This document shows positions 10,276 through 19,875 of a stretch of DNA of 33,574 nt, one piece after another. Below the pieces are notes generated by a model. That model did no database searches, was not told where the DNA came from, and worked only from the letters and a program-made list of their open reading frames with translations. The translations under genes and the position numbers were made by a program. The number at the start of each line of letters is the position of its first letter. Within the stretch, counting starts at the first letter, position 1. Source of the stretch: a virus. Location: the UHGV virus genome UHGV-0219389; one strand, written 5' to 3'.

Positions 10276-10298
10276 AGGGGCTCCGGCCCCTTCTTCTT
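10276..10298 (+). terminator. intrinsic terminator-like hairpin (AGGGGC-tccg-GCCCCT + TTCTTCTT)
   Basis: GC stem with 4-nt loop followed by a T-rich run. Confidence 0.4.
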
Positions 10299-10366
10299 AA
10301 TCTCCTTTAATATCCGTCACGCGCTTCTCCCGACATACTGCCCTGAACTTACACAGGAGCACAATC

Positions 10367-10702
10367 ATGTCACAGACCCCATCCGATACTTTTAAATTGT
10401 CTTATCCCTTCACCACTGCTGCAGGTACCAGAATTGAGCTGGTTGAACTGAAACGCCTGACGGTAAAAGACCTGAAGCAGGTGCGCAAAATCAGCAAAAA
10501 CCCGGCAGACTGGGACGAACCGCTGATTGCCCGCAGTACTGGTCTTCTCCCGGAAGATCTCGACAATATGGATCTGGCTGATTACCTGCAGTTACAGAAA
10601 CGATTTCAGCTCATCACGGGGATGGGTGAGAGCAACCAGGGCGCTGACGCAGGCGCAGGGGCTGCTGGCGAGATGGTTCCGGTTTCAGCCGGGGGAGATT
10701 GA
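10367..10702 (+). CDS. tail assembly chaperone (E/G-like)
   Basis: 111-aa ORF between tube and tape measure; acidic Gly/Ala-rich C-terminus. Confidence 0.55.
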   Translation: MSQTPSDTFKLSYPFTTAAGTRIELVELKRLTVKDLKQVRKISKNPADWDEPLIARSTGLLPEDLDNMDLADYLQLQKRFQLITGMGESNQGADAGAGAAGEMVPVSAGGD

Positions 10703-10784
10703 TGCCCTCGATACTGACGATCTGGAGATGTGGCTGGAGCAGGCTGAAGAGCAAATAAAAAGCGAGTACGGCGACAAATCATAG
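10527..10784 (+). CDS. alternative-frame extension of the tail chaperone (E'/GT-like), reached by frameshift
   Basis: ORF overlapping the last 176 nt of the chaperone in the +1 (equivalently -2) frame and running 82 nt past its stop. Confidence 0.4.
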   Translation: MPAVLVFSRKISTIWIWLITCSYRNDFSSSRGWVRATRALTQAQGLLARWFRFQPGEIDALDTDDLEMWLEQAEEQIKSEYGDKS

Positions 10785-10859
10785 TACAGACAGCCGCCAG
10801 TAGCGGCTGTTCTGCGTTATTCCCTCACGTCTTTTCACCTTCCCCGGAGGTTAACCACT

Positions 10860-13811
10860 ATGTCGGGACAGTTTTCAGTCGGCGTTGTTATCGGCGGGAT
10901 GATTGGCAGCACATTCCGTTCTGCAATGAGCGGTACCCGCCGTGCGCTTGATTCCCTGAGCGATACCTCACGCCGCCTGCAGGAACGTCAGAACGCTTTA
11001 ACCCGTGCAACAGAACGTTATGGTCAACTGGGTTCTTCCCGGATGCAGCATCTCAACAGCGAGCTGCTGCGGGTAAGCCGCACCATGGAGCAAATTGAGC
11101 GCCAGCAGCGCCGTCTGTCAGCGGCATCCGCTACCAGTGATGCGCTGAAAGCTAACCGCATGGCGCTGTATGGTCAGGGGATTGAAGCGTATGGCATGGC
11201 ACAGACTGTTTATCATACGGTTTCCCCTGCCGTTCAGCAGTCCATGTCTTTTCAGGACAAAATGATTGATATGTCGATCACCGCAAAATATGACAATAAA
11301 ACGCGGGATGCACTTGCCGGACAGATAAAAGGCTGGGCGCTTAAATACAATCAGTATCAGGATGAGCTGCAGGAGGCGGTGGGTTCACTCATCAGCGACA
11401 ATATTGATAATGTGTCAGATATCGGTTTTCTGATGCCGGATATTGCCCGCGCGGCAACGGCAACACGCACGTCTGCTCAGGACTGGGCAAAAGTGGCCGC
11501 AGTCTGGCAAAACTCCCTGAAAGGTGCGGCCAGAGATTTTGGTGCCGTTCAGAATATTATGGCTTATGCCGGTGACCAGGGGTCATTTGAAATCCCGGAT
11601 CAGGTCAAGTGGATGCAGTCCCTGGCCCCAATGATGGCGGGTATTGCCAGTGGAAAAGAGGCTGTTGCTGAAATCGGGGCCAGTCTCCAGATAGCAAAAA
11701 TCGGTGCAGGTTCCACCGACGAAGCAGCCAATAATTTTAAAAACTTTCTTACCAAAATTTTTGCCCGCGATACTCAGAAACAGTTTGCTGATCTGGGTAT
11801 TGATTTGCAGGGATCTATTGCGAGTTATAAAGCTGCGGGGATCTCTCCGATTGAAGGGATGTTGAGTGTTATAGAACGTTACCTCAATGCCAAAAGCCCC
11901 GAAGCGCTGGCCGGCTTCAAATCAGCCATGAAAATAAAGAATGATACGGCAAGAGATGAGGCACTTCAGGCTCTGGCGAAAAACTTTGGTCTGGGCGATA
12001 TGTTCGCGGATATGCAGGTCATGGCATTTATCCGCCCGATGCTGGCCAACATGGACAGATATCGAGAGATCCGTGCCGGTGCTCTCAGGGCTGCGGATAA
12101 CGATTTGCTTGCCAGTGCTTATGATCAGCGGCTGAAATCTCCCCTTGAAGCCACTAAAACACTTATGGTCAGCAGTCGCGATCTGGCAATTACGCTGGGC
12201 GATCAATTAGCTCCATCTTTTATTTCTTTGACTCAGGAACTGCTTCCACTCATTCAGGGGGCAAAACACTGGGTAGCGACTCACCCGCAATTTGTCAGTG
12301 GGGCTTTTAAGCTCATCAGTGCGCTCCTTGCGATTAAGATAGCGACTGTTGGTCTCAAACTGGGGCTGAATCTCCTTATTTCCCCCTTTGTAAGTGTCTG
12401 GAAAAATGCTGTTTTACTTCGGGCCAACTGGCTTCGTCTGTCGCTCGCACTGGGGCAAGGCGGTAAGCTCCGCTGGCTGGTGACCGGATTTAGCGCCGTC
12501 GCCAGAGGAGCCAGAACACTGAGTGGCGTGCTCTCCGGGGGGCTGGTTCGCGGAATTATGCTCGCCGGACGTGCTGTTCTCTGGATTGGACGTGCGCTGA
12601 TGATGAATCCCATCGGTCTCGTTATCACCGCTGTCGCGGCAGCAGCTTACCTTATCTACCGCAACTGGGGGGCAGTCAGTGGCTGGTTTAAACAGCGCTG
12701 GGCAGACATTCAGGAAGCCTTTAACGGCGGCATTGTGGGAATTGGTAAGTTACTGATTAACTGGTCGCCGGCAGGCCTGCTCTATAAAGCCTTTGCGGCT
12801 GCGCTGAAATATTTCGGCGTTGCTCTGCCGGCAAAGTTCACCGACTTCGGTGGCCATCTTATCGACGGTCTGATTAACGGTATCAAAAACAAATGGGGGT
12901 CGCTCAAATCCAGTGTAACCGGAATGGGTGACAGCATCAGTAGCTGGTTTAAACAGTGCTGGGCTGACATTCAGGAAGCCTTTAACGGCGGTATCGCGGG
13001 AACTGGTAAGCTGCTGATTAACTGGTCGCCGGCAGGTCTGCTCTGTAAAGCCTTTGCAGCTGCGCTGAAATATCTTGGTGTTGATCTGCCGGCAAAGTTT
13101 ACCGACTTCGGTGGCCATCTTGTCGATGGTCTGATTAACGGTATCAAAAACAAATGGGAGTCGCTCAAATCCAGTGTAACCGGAATGGGTGACAGCATCA
13201 GTGGCTGGTTCAGCGAAAAGCTGGGCATTCATTCGCCGAGCCGCGTGTTTATGGGCTTTGGTGACAATATCGCGCAGGGGGCCGCCATTGGCCTGCAGCG
13301 GACCACTCCGCTTGCAGCTCTGGCCGGGCAGCGAATGGCCAGTGAACTGCTCCCCAGAATGCCCGTGAGCATTCAGGGGCCAGAAATACGGGATAACACT
13401 TCAGGTGTTCGCTTCAGTATGCCGTTGCCCGATATCAATGGGTTTATGTCGTCTGCTAAAAATGCGATCGGAGCCGTAATCAATAGTTTGTCTTCCATGC
13501 CCGCTATTCCGCTCTCCACCCGGGCATCGATTTTACCAGGGCAACGTCTGGCAAATGAGATGACACCGGATGTTCCCCGTATCCCCTCGCCTGAAATCCT
13601 GGCTGCCGGATATTCAGGCCGTGGTGCAACTGCAACCGGCGGTGGAACGTCTGGTGGTATCCAGGTCAGCTTTAATCCTCAGTTTTTCCTCAATGGCAGG
13701 GAAACCACAGCGCCTGCAGGACTGACTGGTGCCCTGAATATGAGTCTGCATGAGCTGGAAAAAATGCTGGAGCGTCTGCTGGCTCAGAAACAACGTAAGG
13801 AGTACCGCTGA
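10860..13811 (+). CDS. tail tape measure protein
   Basis: 983-aa ORF, coiled-coil-like N-terminus, hydrophobic central segments, internal tandem duplication. Confidence 0.85.
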   Translation: MSGQFSVGVVIGGMIGSTFRSAMSGTRRALDSLSDTSRRLQERQNALTRATERYGQLGSSRMQHLNSELLRVSRTMEQIERQQRRLSAASATSDALKANRMALYGQGIEAYGMAQTVYHTVSPAVQQSMSFQDKMIDMSITAKYDNKTRDALAGQIKGWALKYNQYQDELQEAVGSLISDNIDNVSDIGFLMPDIARAATATRTSAQDWAKVAAVWQNSLKGAARDFGAVQNIMAYAGDQGSFEIPDQVKWMQSLAPMMAGIASGKEAVAEIGASLQIAKIGAGSTDEAANNFKNFLTKIFARDTQKQFADLGIDLQGSIASYKAAGISPIEGMLSVIERYLNAKSPEALAGFKSAMKIKNDTARDEALQALAKNFGLGDMFADMQVMAFIRPMLANMDRYREIRAGALRAADNDLLASAYDQRLKSPLEATKTLMVSSRDLAITLGDQLAPSFISLTQELLPLIQGAKHWVATHPQFVSGAFKLISALLAIKIATVGLKLGLNLLISPFVSVWKNAVLLRANWLRLSLALGQGGKLRWLVTGFSAVARGARTLSGVLSGGLVRGIMLAGRAVLWIGRALMMNPIGLVITAVAAAAYLIYRNWGAVSGWFKQRWADIQEAFNGGIVGIGKLLINWSPAGLLYKAFAAALKYFGVALPAKFTDFGGHLIDGLINGIKNKWGSLKSSVTGMGDSISSWFKQCWADIQEAFNGGIAGTGKLLINWSPAGLLCKAFAAALKYLGVDLPAKFTDFGGHLVDGLINGIKNKWESLKSSVTGMGDSISGWFSEKLGIHSPSRVFMGFGDNIAQGAAIGLQRTTPLAALAGQRMASELLPRMPVSIQGPEIRDNTSGVRFSMPLPDINGFMSSAKNAIGAVINSLSSMPAIPLSTRASILPGQRLANEMTPDVPRIPSPEILAAGYSGRGATATGGGTSGGIQVSFNPQFFLNGRETTAPAGLTGALNMSLHELEKMLERLLAQKQRKEYR
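12682..13203. repeat. intragenic tandem duplication, 2 x 261 bp (87 aa), in the tape measure gene
   Basis: Near-identical protein units WFKQ(R/C)WADIQEAFNGG...VTGMGDSIS repeated head to tail. Confidence 0.85.
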
Positions 13812-14695
13812 TGTTTGCCGTACTGGGTGATATTGAGTTTGAGCTGATTACCTACTGGGACGGCTTCGAGGCCACGTTCGGCGTCGATTATGCGGAGCAT
13901 GCCCGCATCGGGGGTAAGCCTGGCCTGCAGTTCGTCGGCGACAGGCTGGACGAAATCCAGATAAGTCTGGTCTTCCATCAGCATTATTGTGTACCCGATG
14001 TGGAGCTGGCGAGACTGCGAACAACCATGAAAGCCCATCAGGCACTGGCGCTGGTCTTCGGCAACGGTGACTATCGTGGCTGGTTCGTGATTACCGATGT
14101 GACCGCAACCAGCGAGCAGACAGACAGCACCGGTAACGTGCTGGCTGTCAGTGCCACCGTGTCTCTCCGGGAATACACCGGTGATCCGAAAAATCCTCTG
14201 CAACCACCGGCAATACGCACGAAGCTCCCGGGTGTCGGGGCGGTCTCCGGTGCCATTCCTTCGCCTTCCGGGGTGGCGCAGTTCATCCGCAACGGCGTCA
14301 ACTATGCGAAACAGGCGCAGTCTGTACTCCAGACCACTATCAGCGCCGTTCGGGTGACACAGAAAATGAAGGATAACCCCGTTGTCGCACTGACCCGTGT
14401 GCCGGGGCTGATGAGCGGACTGGGTAATATCTCCGGGGCTCTGGGGAAAAGTGTTCCGGCGTTTAACGCACTCTCTGAATCCATGCCCGATGCCATCAGT
14501 CTGGCCAGAACAGCCAGCGAAGCAGCCACGTATGTACAGCAGGCACAGTCTGCGCTGAGTGGTGTGGACAAAAGAAATATTGCAGGTGCTCTGGATACCG
14601 TTTCCGGGCAGCTTAACGCCGCCGGCACAGCATTCAACCGCATGTCTCCGGGATTAAGTGCAATGGCCGCCAGAATACTGACGAGGAGTGTGTGA
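13811..14695 (+). CDS. DNA circularization protein N-like (Mu gp43 position)
   Basis: 294-aa ORF overlapping the tape measure stop. Confidence 0.5.
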   Translation: MFAVLGDIEFELITYWDGFEATFGVDYAEHARIGGKPGLQFVGDRLDEIQISLVFHQHYCVPDVELARLRTTMKAHQALALVFGNGDYRGWFVITDVTATSEQTDSTGNVLAVSATVSLREYTGDPKNPLQPPAIRTKLPGVGAVSGAIPSPSGVAQFIRNGVNYAKQAQSVLQTTISAVRVTQKMKDNPVVALTRVPGLMSGLGNISGALGKSVPAFNALSESMPDAISLARTASEAATYVQQAQSALSGVDKRNIAGALDTVSGQLNAAGTAFNRMSPGLSAMAARILTRSV

Positions 14696-14907
14696 TGTTT
14701 CTTGAACATGTTACCCGTGACGGAGAGCGCTGGGATTCGCTGGCATGGCAGTACTACGGTGACCCGCTGGGCTATCCCCGGATTATTGCCGCCAATCCGC
14801 ACGTGGCCATCACGCCGGTGCTGCCCTCCGGGCTGTTGTTACTGATCCCGGTGATTGAGGCTGAAGAAGCCCGTACAGAAGAGGATATTGCCCCATGGCT
14901 GAGATAA
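14692..14907 (+). CDS. tail protein X-like (LysM-like)
   Basis: 71-aa ORF with motif pattern W..L..YYG..........I..ANP typical of phage tail protein X. Confidence 0.55.
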   Translation: MMFLEHVTRDGERWDSLAWQYYGDPLGYPRIIAANPHVAITPVLPSGLLLLIPVIEAEEARTEEDIAPWLR

Positions 14908-16049
14908 ACAGCACTGCGCAAGTCACATCAGCGTTAACCGGCGTCAGCGATGTGCTGACACCGGTGTTCACTCTGTGGTATCTGCAGAAAAACATCACCT
15001 CTGATATCGCGCCTTATGTCACCCGTGTGACCTGGAGCGATAACATCAAAAATGAGTCCGATACCATTGAGGTGGAGCTGGACGACACCGATGGCCGCTG
15101 GCTGGATAAGTGGTATCCGGGCAAGGGTGACACGCTGACGCTGAAAATGGGCTATCAGGGCGAGAAGCTGCTGTCCTGCGGTACGTTCTCTATAGACGAG
15201 ATCGAAGTGAGTTCGCCCGCTTCCGTTGTTTCTATCCGTGGGGTGGCCACCTCGGTTAACAGTGCCCTGCGGACTAAAACCAGTCGTGGTTTTGAGAACA
15301 CCACGCTGGCAGCTGTTGCGGGGCGGATTGCCAGAAAGCACCGGCTGAAACTGGTGGGCAGCATTGAGTCCATCAGAATCGACCGGGTGACCCAGTATGC
15401 TGAAACCGACGTGGGTTTTCTGCGCCGGCTGGCCAGCGAGTATGGTTATGCAGTGAAAGTGGTCAGTGACCAGCTGATTTTTTCTCATCTGGCCACACTG
15501 CGCAGTCAGGAGCCGGTCAGGCAGTTAAAACCGCAGGATGTGGCCCGCTTTTCCCTGCGTGACACCATCAACCGGGTCTATAAATCTGCAAAGGTAAAAC
15601 ACCAGAAAAGCAGCAGTAAAAAACTGATCGTCTACGAAGCTGATGGTGGTACCCGTGAAAGCGACAAAAAGCTCAAAGGTGGTAAGGTTACCAGCGCTGA
15701 CTCACTTAAAGTTAACAGCCGCGTCAGCGACCCGGACAGTGCCCGGATTAAAGCGGATTCAGCACTGGCCAGACATAACGAATACCAGCAGAACGGCTCC
15801 CTGACGCTGACGGGAACACCTCAACTGACAGCAGGCAACAAAATTGAACTGGTGGGTTTTGGGCAGTTATCCGGGCCATGGCTCATAACCACTGCCCGCC
15901 ATGCGTTTGACCGTAACAGCGGCTACACCACAGAGCTGGAAGTGGCACGGGGGCCAGTCACAAGAGGGAAAAAACAAAAAACTCAGAAACTCACGGTTTA
16001 TCACCCGGATGGCAGTACATCGACGGTGATTAAGGAGAAGAAAAAATGA
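14895..16049 (+). CDS. baseplate hub / late control D-like protein (Mu P-like)
   Basis: 384-aa ORF in the expected position; size matches. Confidence 0.7.
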   Translation: MAEINSTAQVTSALTGVSDVLTPVFTLWYLQKNITSDIAPYVTRVTWSDNIKNESDTIEVELDDTDGRWLDKWYPGKGDTLTLKMGYQGEKLLSCGTFSIDEIEVSSPASVVSIRGVATSVNSALRTKTSRGFENTTLAAVAGRIARKHRLKLVGSIESIRIDRVTQYAETDVGFLRRLASEYGYAVKVVSDQLIFSHLATLRSQEPVRQLKPQDVARFSLRDTINRVYKSAKVKHQKSSSKKLIVYEADGGTRESDKKLKGGKVTSADSLKVNSRVSDPDSARIKADSALARHNEYQQNGSLTLTGTPQLTAGNKIELVGFGQLSGPWLITTARHAFDRNSGYTTELEVARGPVTRGKKQKTQKLTVYHPDGSTSTVIKEKKK

Positions 16050-16642
16050 CTGGTGTCACTCGTCAGGTCGGTACGGTCAGTGCCGTTGATGCCGACAGGG
16101 TTCAGGCCCGCGTTCGTCTGCCTGAATGCGATAACCTGCGCACAAACTGGCTTAACGTGCTGCAGCGCAATACCCAGGATAACAAAGATTACTGGCTCCC
16201 TGACGTGGGGGAGCAGGTTGAGGTGCTGCTCGATGCCAACGGCGAGGATGGTGTTATTCTGGGCGCGGTGTATTCAGACGTCGATAAACCACCGTTCAGT
16301 GACAAAAATATCCGGGGAACCCGGTTTGCTGATGGTGCAGAGTACAGCTACAACCGGAAGACGCACACTCTGATCATCCGGGGCGGCATTGAGCATATTG
16401 TCATTGAGTGTGGTGCTGATGTGGTATTGAAAACACAGAAAGCCACGATTGACGCACCGGAAACCGAACTTACCGGAGATCTGCGTGTCAGGGGTAAGCT
16501 GATTTACGAAGGAGGCATGGCGGGTTCTGGTGGTGAAGGTGTTACCGCGACCATCCATGGCAATATCGAGATTAAAGGGAATGCCCATGCCACGGGCAGT
16601 ATGTTGTCTGATGGCGAAAACTCCAGCCACCACTCCCACTGA
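16046..16642 (+). CDS. baseplate spike protein (gpV-like)
   Basis: 198-aa ORF with Gly-rich C-terminus, overlapping the upstream stop. Confidence 0.7.
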   Translation: MTGVTRQVGTVSAVDADRVQARVRLPECDNLRTNWLNVLQRNTQDNKDYWLPDVGEQVEVLLDANGEDGVILGAVYSDVDKPPFSDKNIRGTRFADGAEYSYNRKTHTLIIRGGIEHIVIECGADVVLKTQKATIDAPETELTGDLRVRGKLIYEGGMAGSGGEGVTATIHGNIEIKGNAHATGSMLSDGENSSHHSH

Positions 16643-16678
16643 GCTTTTTAAACGCCTTTAATATCAGCGTTCCCGCAC

Positions 16679-16696
16679 GGGGGCAATACTGCCCCC
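16679..16696 (+). promoter_or_regulatory. GC-rich hairpin (GGGGGCA-atac-TGCCCCC) ending 1 nt before the gpW-like start codon
   Basis: Perfect 7-bp inverted repeat abutting the ATG at 16697. Confidence 0.4.
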
Positions 16697-17044
16697 ATGA
16701 AAACAACCTCAGTATTCTGGCAACCAGCCCTGCAGGCTCCCGGCGAAATTGTCCGGGGGCTGGATGATATCCGGCAGGCGATTCAAATTATCCTGCGGAC
16801 TCCCCGCGGCAGCGACCCGCATCGCCCGGAGTTCGGCAGCAATCTGCATCTTTATATCGACTGGCCTGTAGACCGGGCCATTCCGCATGTGGTGCGCGAA
16901 TCCGTCGATGCCATCCGGCGCTGGGAGCCCCGCTGCCAGCTTATGTCAGTTAAACCCGCCGTCGACGGCGAACATCTTACGCTCCGGGTGAGCTGGAAAG
17001 GCTCAGACGGACAGACCCGGACTCAGGAGCTGCTATGGCGCTGA
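16697..17044 (+). CDS. baseplate wedge protein (GPW/gp25-like)
   Basis: 115-aa ORF in conserved position. Confidence 0.7.
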   Translation: MKTTSVFWQPALQAPGEIVRGLDDIRQAIQIILRTPRGSDPHRPEFGSNLHLYIDWPVDRAIPHVVRESVDAIRRWEPRCQLMSVKPAVDGEHLTLRVSWKGSDGQTRTQELLWR

Positions 17045-18138
17045 CAGAACCCGATTTTATTGAACGCGATGCCGACAAAATCACGGCAGAAATGATTGCG
17101 AAGTATGAAGCGGATACCGGCAAAACGCTGTACCCGGCACAGGCAGAACGTCTGCTGATTGATCTGTGGGCCTATCGCGAAATGCTGGTCAGGGTTGCGG
17201 TACAGGAGGCGGCGAAGCAGAATCTGGTCGCCTTTGCCCGTGAGCCGATGATTGATTACCTCGGTGAACTGGTTGGTGTATACCGTCTTGCCGCGCAGCC
17301 TGCCACCACCACGCTCCAGTTCTCCGTAGATGAGGCACTGGCCATTGATGTGCTGATCCCGGCAGGCACCCGCGTCAGCGCTTCCGACAGCGTTATTTTT
17401 GCCACCGATACAGATGTGGTACTGAAGGCCGGATTGCTGCTGGTCAATGTCACGTCCACCTGTACCGAACCCGGTACCGCTGGTAACGGCTGGCAACCTG
17501 CGCAGGTCAGTCAGTTACTCGATGAGATTGATAACGTCGACCTGCTGGTGAGCAATCTGACGGCCAGTTCCGGCGGTTCAGAACAGGAAGACGATGACAG
17601 GCTCCGGGAGCGTATCAGGCTGGCCCCGGAGTCATTCACCAATGCCGGAAGCCGTGGCGCATACCGCTTTCATGCCATGCAGGCCCATCCCAACATTGTC
17701 GATGTTGCTGTGCTTTCCCCGGTTCCCGGGACCGTAGATCTGTATCCGCTGCTCAGTACCGGTCTGCCGGACGGCGGTGTTCTCACGCTGGTAGAGAGTT
17801 TCTGCTCTGATGAGAAAGTCAGGCCACTCACTGATACAGTGCGGGCTAAAACACCAGTGAAGGTGGATTACACCATTGAAGCCAGGATTACGATCTATCG
17901 TGATCAGGATGCCAGGTCTGTAAAAGATGCCGCTAACAGCGCCATACAGAACTGGGTGGCATCACGTGCCGCCACGCTGGGGCGTGATATTGTCCCCAGC
18001 CAGATTATCAGTGCATTGTCCGTTTCCGGGGTGTACCAGGTTGAACTGGTGACACCGGCACTGAGGGTGGTGGCAGAAAACGAATGGGCAAACTGTACGG
18101 CGATCACACTTAACATGAGTGGAGTGTCTGATGGCTGA
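17035..18138 (+). CDS. baseplate J-like protein
   Basis: 367-aa ORF overlapping the gpW-like stop. Confidence 0.75.
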   Translation: MALTEPDFIERDADKITAEMIAKYEADTGKTLYPAQAERLLIDLWAYREMLVRVAVQEAAKQNLVAFAREPMIDYLGELVGVYRLAAQPATTTLQFSVDEALAIDVLIPAGTRVSASDSVIFATDTDVVLKAGLLLVNVTSTCTEPGTAGNGWQPAQVSQLLDEIDNVDLLVSNLTASSGGSEQEDDDRLRERIRLAPESFTNAGSRGAYRFHAMQAHPNIVDVAVLSPVPGTVDLYPLLSTGLPDGGVLTLVESFCSDEKVRPLTDTVRAKTPVKVDYTIEARITIYRDQDARSVKDAANSAIQNWVASRAATLGRDIVPSQIISALSVSGVYQVELVTPALRVVAENEWANCTAITLNMSGVSDG

Positions 18139-18709
18139 GCCATTACAACTCCCGCCACCGCTTGAGGGTGATACCAGTCTCAGGACGCTGGGAAGACTGG
18201 CAGGGCGGCTGGATAACATCGACCTGAGCGTACTGATGGTCTTTCTCGTCGATATCGTCGACAGTTCTGCGCTGCCATGGCTGTGCGAGCAGTTCTCACT
18301 GTCTGGCGATGGCTGGGAGCTGGCGGAATCGGACGATGTTCGCCGCATGCTTATAAAAGCAGCCATCGAACTGCACCGGTATAAAGGGACGCCGTGGTCA
18401 ATCCGGGAAGTTATCCGCCGTTTTGGCTTTGGTGAAGTGGATCTGATTGAAGGCACAGGTCGTCTCAGTTACGACGGCAATCGCAGCTATAACGGACTGT
18501 TTGTTCATGGAGATGCAGCCGCCTGGGCGGTTTATTGCGTTATTCTGAAACAGCCCATTACTAACGATCAGGCCGCGATGCTGCGTCAGACGCTCGCTGC
18601 ATTTGCACCGGCCCGCTGCCATCTGGCCAGCCTGGAGTATCAGTCTGTGGCCATTCGCTATAACAATACCGCCATCCATGATGGCAGTTATAACCACGGG
18701 AGCAGTTGA
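18131..18709 (+). CDS. tail protein (P2 gpI / Mu gp48-like)
   Basis: ATG at 18131 in frame with track ORF 18119..18709. Confidence 0.6.
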   Translation: MAEPLQLPPPLEGDTSLRTLGRLAGRLDNIDLSVLMVFLVDIVDSSALPWLCEQFSLSGDGWELAESDDVRRMLIKAAIELHRYKGTPWSIREVIRRFGFGEVDLIEGTGRLSYDGNRSYNGLFVHGDAAAWAVYCVILKQPITNDQAAMLRQTLAAFAPARCHLASLEYQSVAIRYNNTAIHDGSYNHGSS

Positions 18710-18711
18710 TT

Positions 18712-19875
18712 ATGGGAAACCTGAATGAAACAGAAAAGTGGGAAGAAAATATCTATCAACTGGAGACATCAGATCCGGTTCTGGGTGGTGCTGACGGGAT
18801 ATCAAATCGAGCCCCCCGGCAACTGGCAAACAGGACGAAATGGCTGAAGAAAAAAACGGAGGAAGCCGCACAGTCACTGGCTGAACACGTACGTTCCCGT
18901 AACCACCCGGACGCGACACTGACAGCTAAGGGGTTCACCCAACTGAGCAGTGCCACCAACAGCACCTCTGAAACGCTGGCCGCCACACCAAAAGCCGTCA
19001 AGGCTGCATACGACCTTGCAGCCGGCAAGGCGCCCGTCAGCCACACTCACCCGTGGAGTCAGATAACGGGAGTGCCTGCTGCCTCGCTGACGGCAAAAGG
19101 CACCGTACAACTGAGCAGCGCCATCAACAGCACGTCTGAAACGCTGGCCGCCACACCGAAAGCGGTCAAGGCTGCATACGATCTGGCAAACGGAAAACAA
19201 CCGGCAGATGCCACGCTCACTGCTCTGGCAGGACTTGCCACTGCAGCAGATCGGTTGCCTTATTTTACCGGAGCAGACCGCGCAGCGCTGGCAACCCTTA
19301 CAGCTATTGGTCGCGCTATTATCGCTAAGGGCAGTATAAAAGATGTCCTCAATTACCTTGGTTTGGGGGAAGGCTCTGCATTGCCTGTTGGTGTACCGGT
19401 TCCGTGGCCCACCGCCACACCGCCAGCAGGCTGGTTAAAGTGCGACGGGCGCGCCTTTACAAAAGAACAATATCCTGTTCTGGCCAGAGTCTACCCGACC
19501 CTCCGTCTTCCCGATTTACGCGGTGAGTTTATCCGTGGATGGGACGACGGGCGCAAAGTTGATACAGGACGTAAGTTGCTGTCCGCACAAGGGGCAACGC
19601 TGTTAAGAACAGCAATGCTGGATTATTATAACCAGGACACTACGGGAACCTCGGGGATAGTCGGCATGGGATTCAACAATGAAGATTCCATTACAGACCT
19701 TCGTGAGGGCAGCTTTAAAATGCCGGACGGGACAACATTCAGCGATCCTGTCATGGCAATGTCAGACAATGGTATGCAGGCTACTATTCTGACCTCTATC
19801 AGAAGCGGGTATGCGAAGGGTATCACTGTCAGACCCCGTAGCATTGCACTTAATTACATTGTGAGGGCAGTTTAA
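18712..19875 (+). CDS. tail fiber protein (constant N-part plus invertible C-terminal variant Sv)
   Basis: ATG at 18712; internal repeats TAKG(F/T)xQLSSA(T/I)NSTSETLAATPKAVKAAYDLA; C-terminal part from about 19360 lies in the invertible segment. Confidence 0.8.
   Translation: MGNLNETEKWEENIYQLETSDPVLGGADGISNRAPRQLANRTKWLKKKTEEAAQSLAEHVRSRNHPDATLTAKGFTQLSSATNSTSETLAATPKAVKAAYDLAAGKAPVSHTHPWSQITGVPAASLTAKGTVQLSSAINSTSETLAATPKAVKAAYDLANGKQPADATLTALAGLATAADRLPYFTGADRAALATLTAIGRAIIAKGSIKDVLNYLGLGEGSALPVGVPVPWPTATPPAGWLKCDGRAFTKEQYPVLARVYPTLRLPDLRGEFIRGWDDGRKVDTGRKLLSAQGATLLRTAMLDYYNQDTTGTSGIVGMGFNNEDSITDLREGSFKMPDGTTFSDPVMAMSDNGMQATILTSIRSGYAKGITVRPRSIALNYIVRAV
18921..19200. repeat. intragenic tail-fiber repeat, 2 copies about 168 bp apart
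   Basis: Duplicated 30-aa motif in the fiber shaft. Confidence 0.7.
19346..19371. other. gix-like crossover site, left (tcctcaattacc-TT-GGTTTGGGGGAA)
   Basis: 26-bp site with inner half-site matching the Hin/Gin/Cin half-site pattern GGTTTnnnnnAA; central TT. Confidence 0.55.
19358..19437. repeat. 80-bp perfect inverted repeat, left copy
   Basis: Reverse complement identical to 20883..20962; encodes the shared peptide GLGEGSALPVGVPVPWPTATPPAGWL. Confidence 0.9.

Noticed and set aside
12750-13232. 160-aa and 85-aa minus-strand ORFs inside the tape measure gene
   Set aside because: They are mirror images of the 261-bp tandem duplication on the antisense strand of a well-supported gene; their internally repeated sequences are a by-product of the repeat.
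19391-19410. Palindromic ACCGGT inside the 80-bp inverted repeat as a possible crossover site
   Set aside because: It lacks the 2-bp central spacer and the AAACC/GGTTT half-sites of invertase sites; the better-matching sites sit at the outer edges of the repeats.
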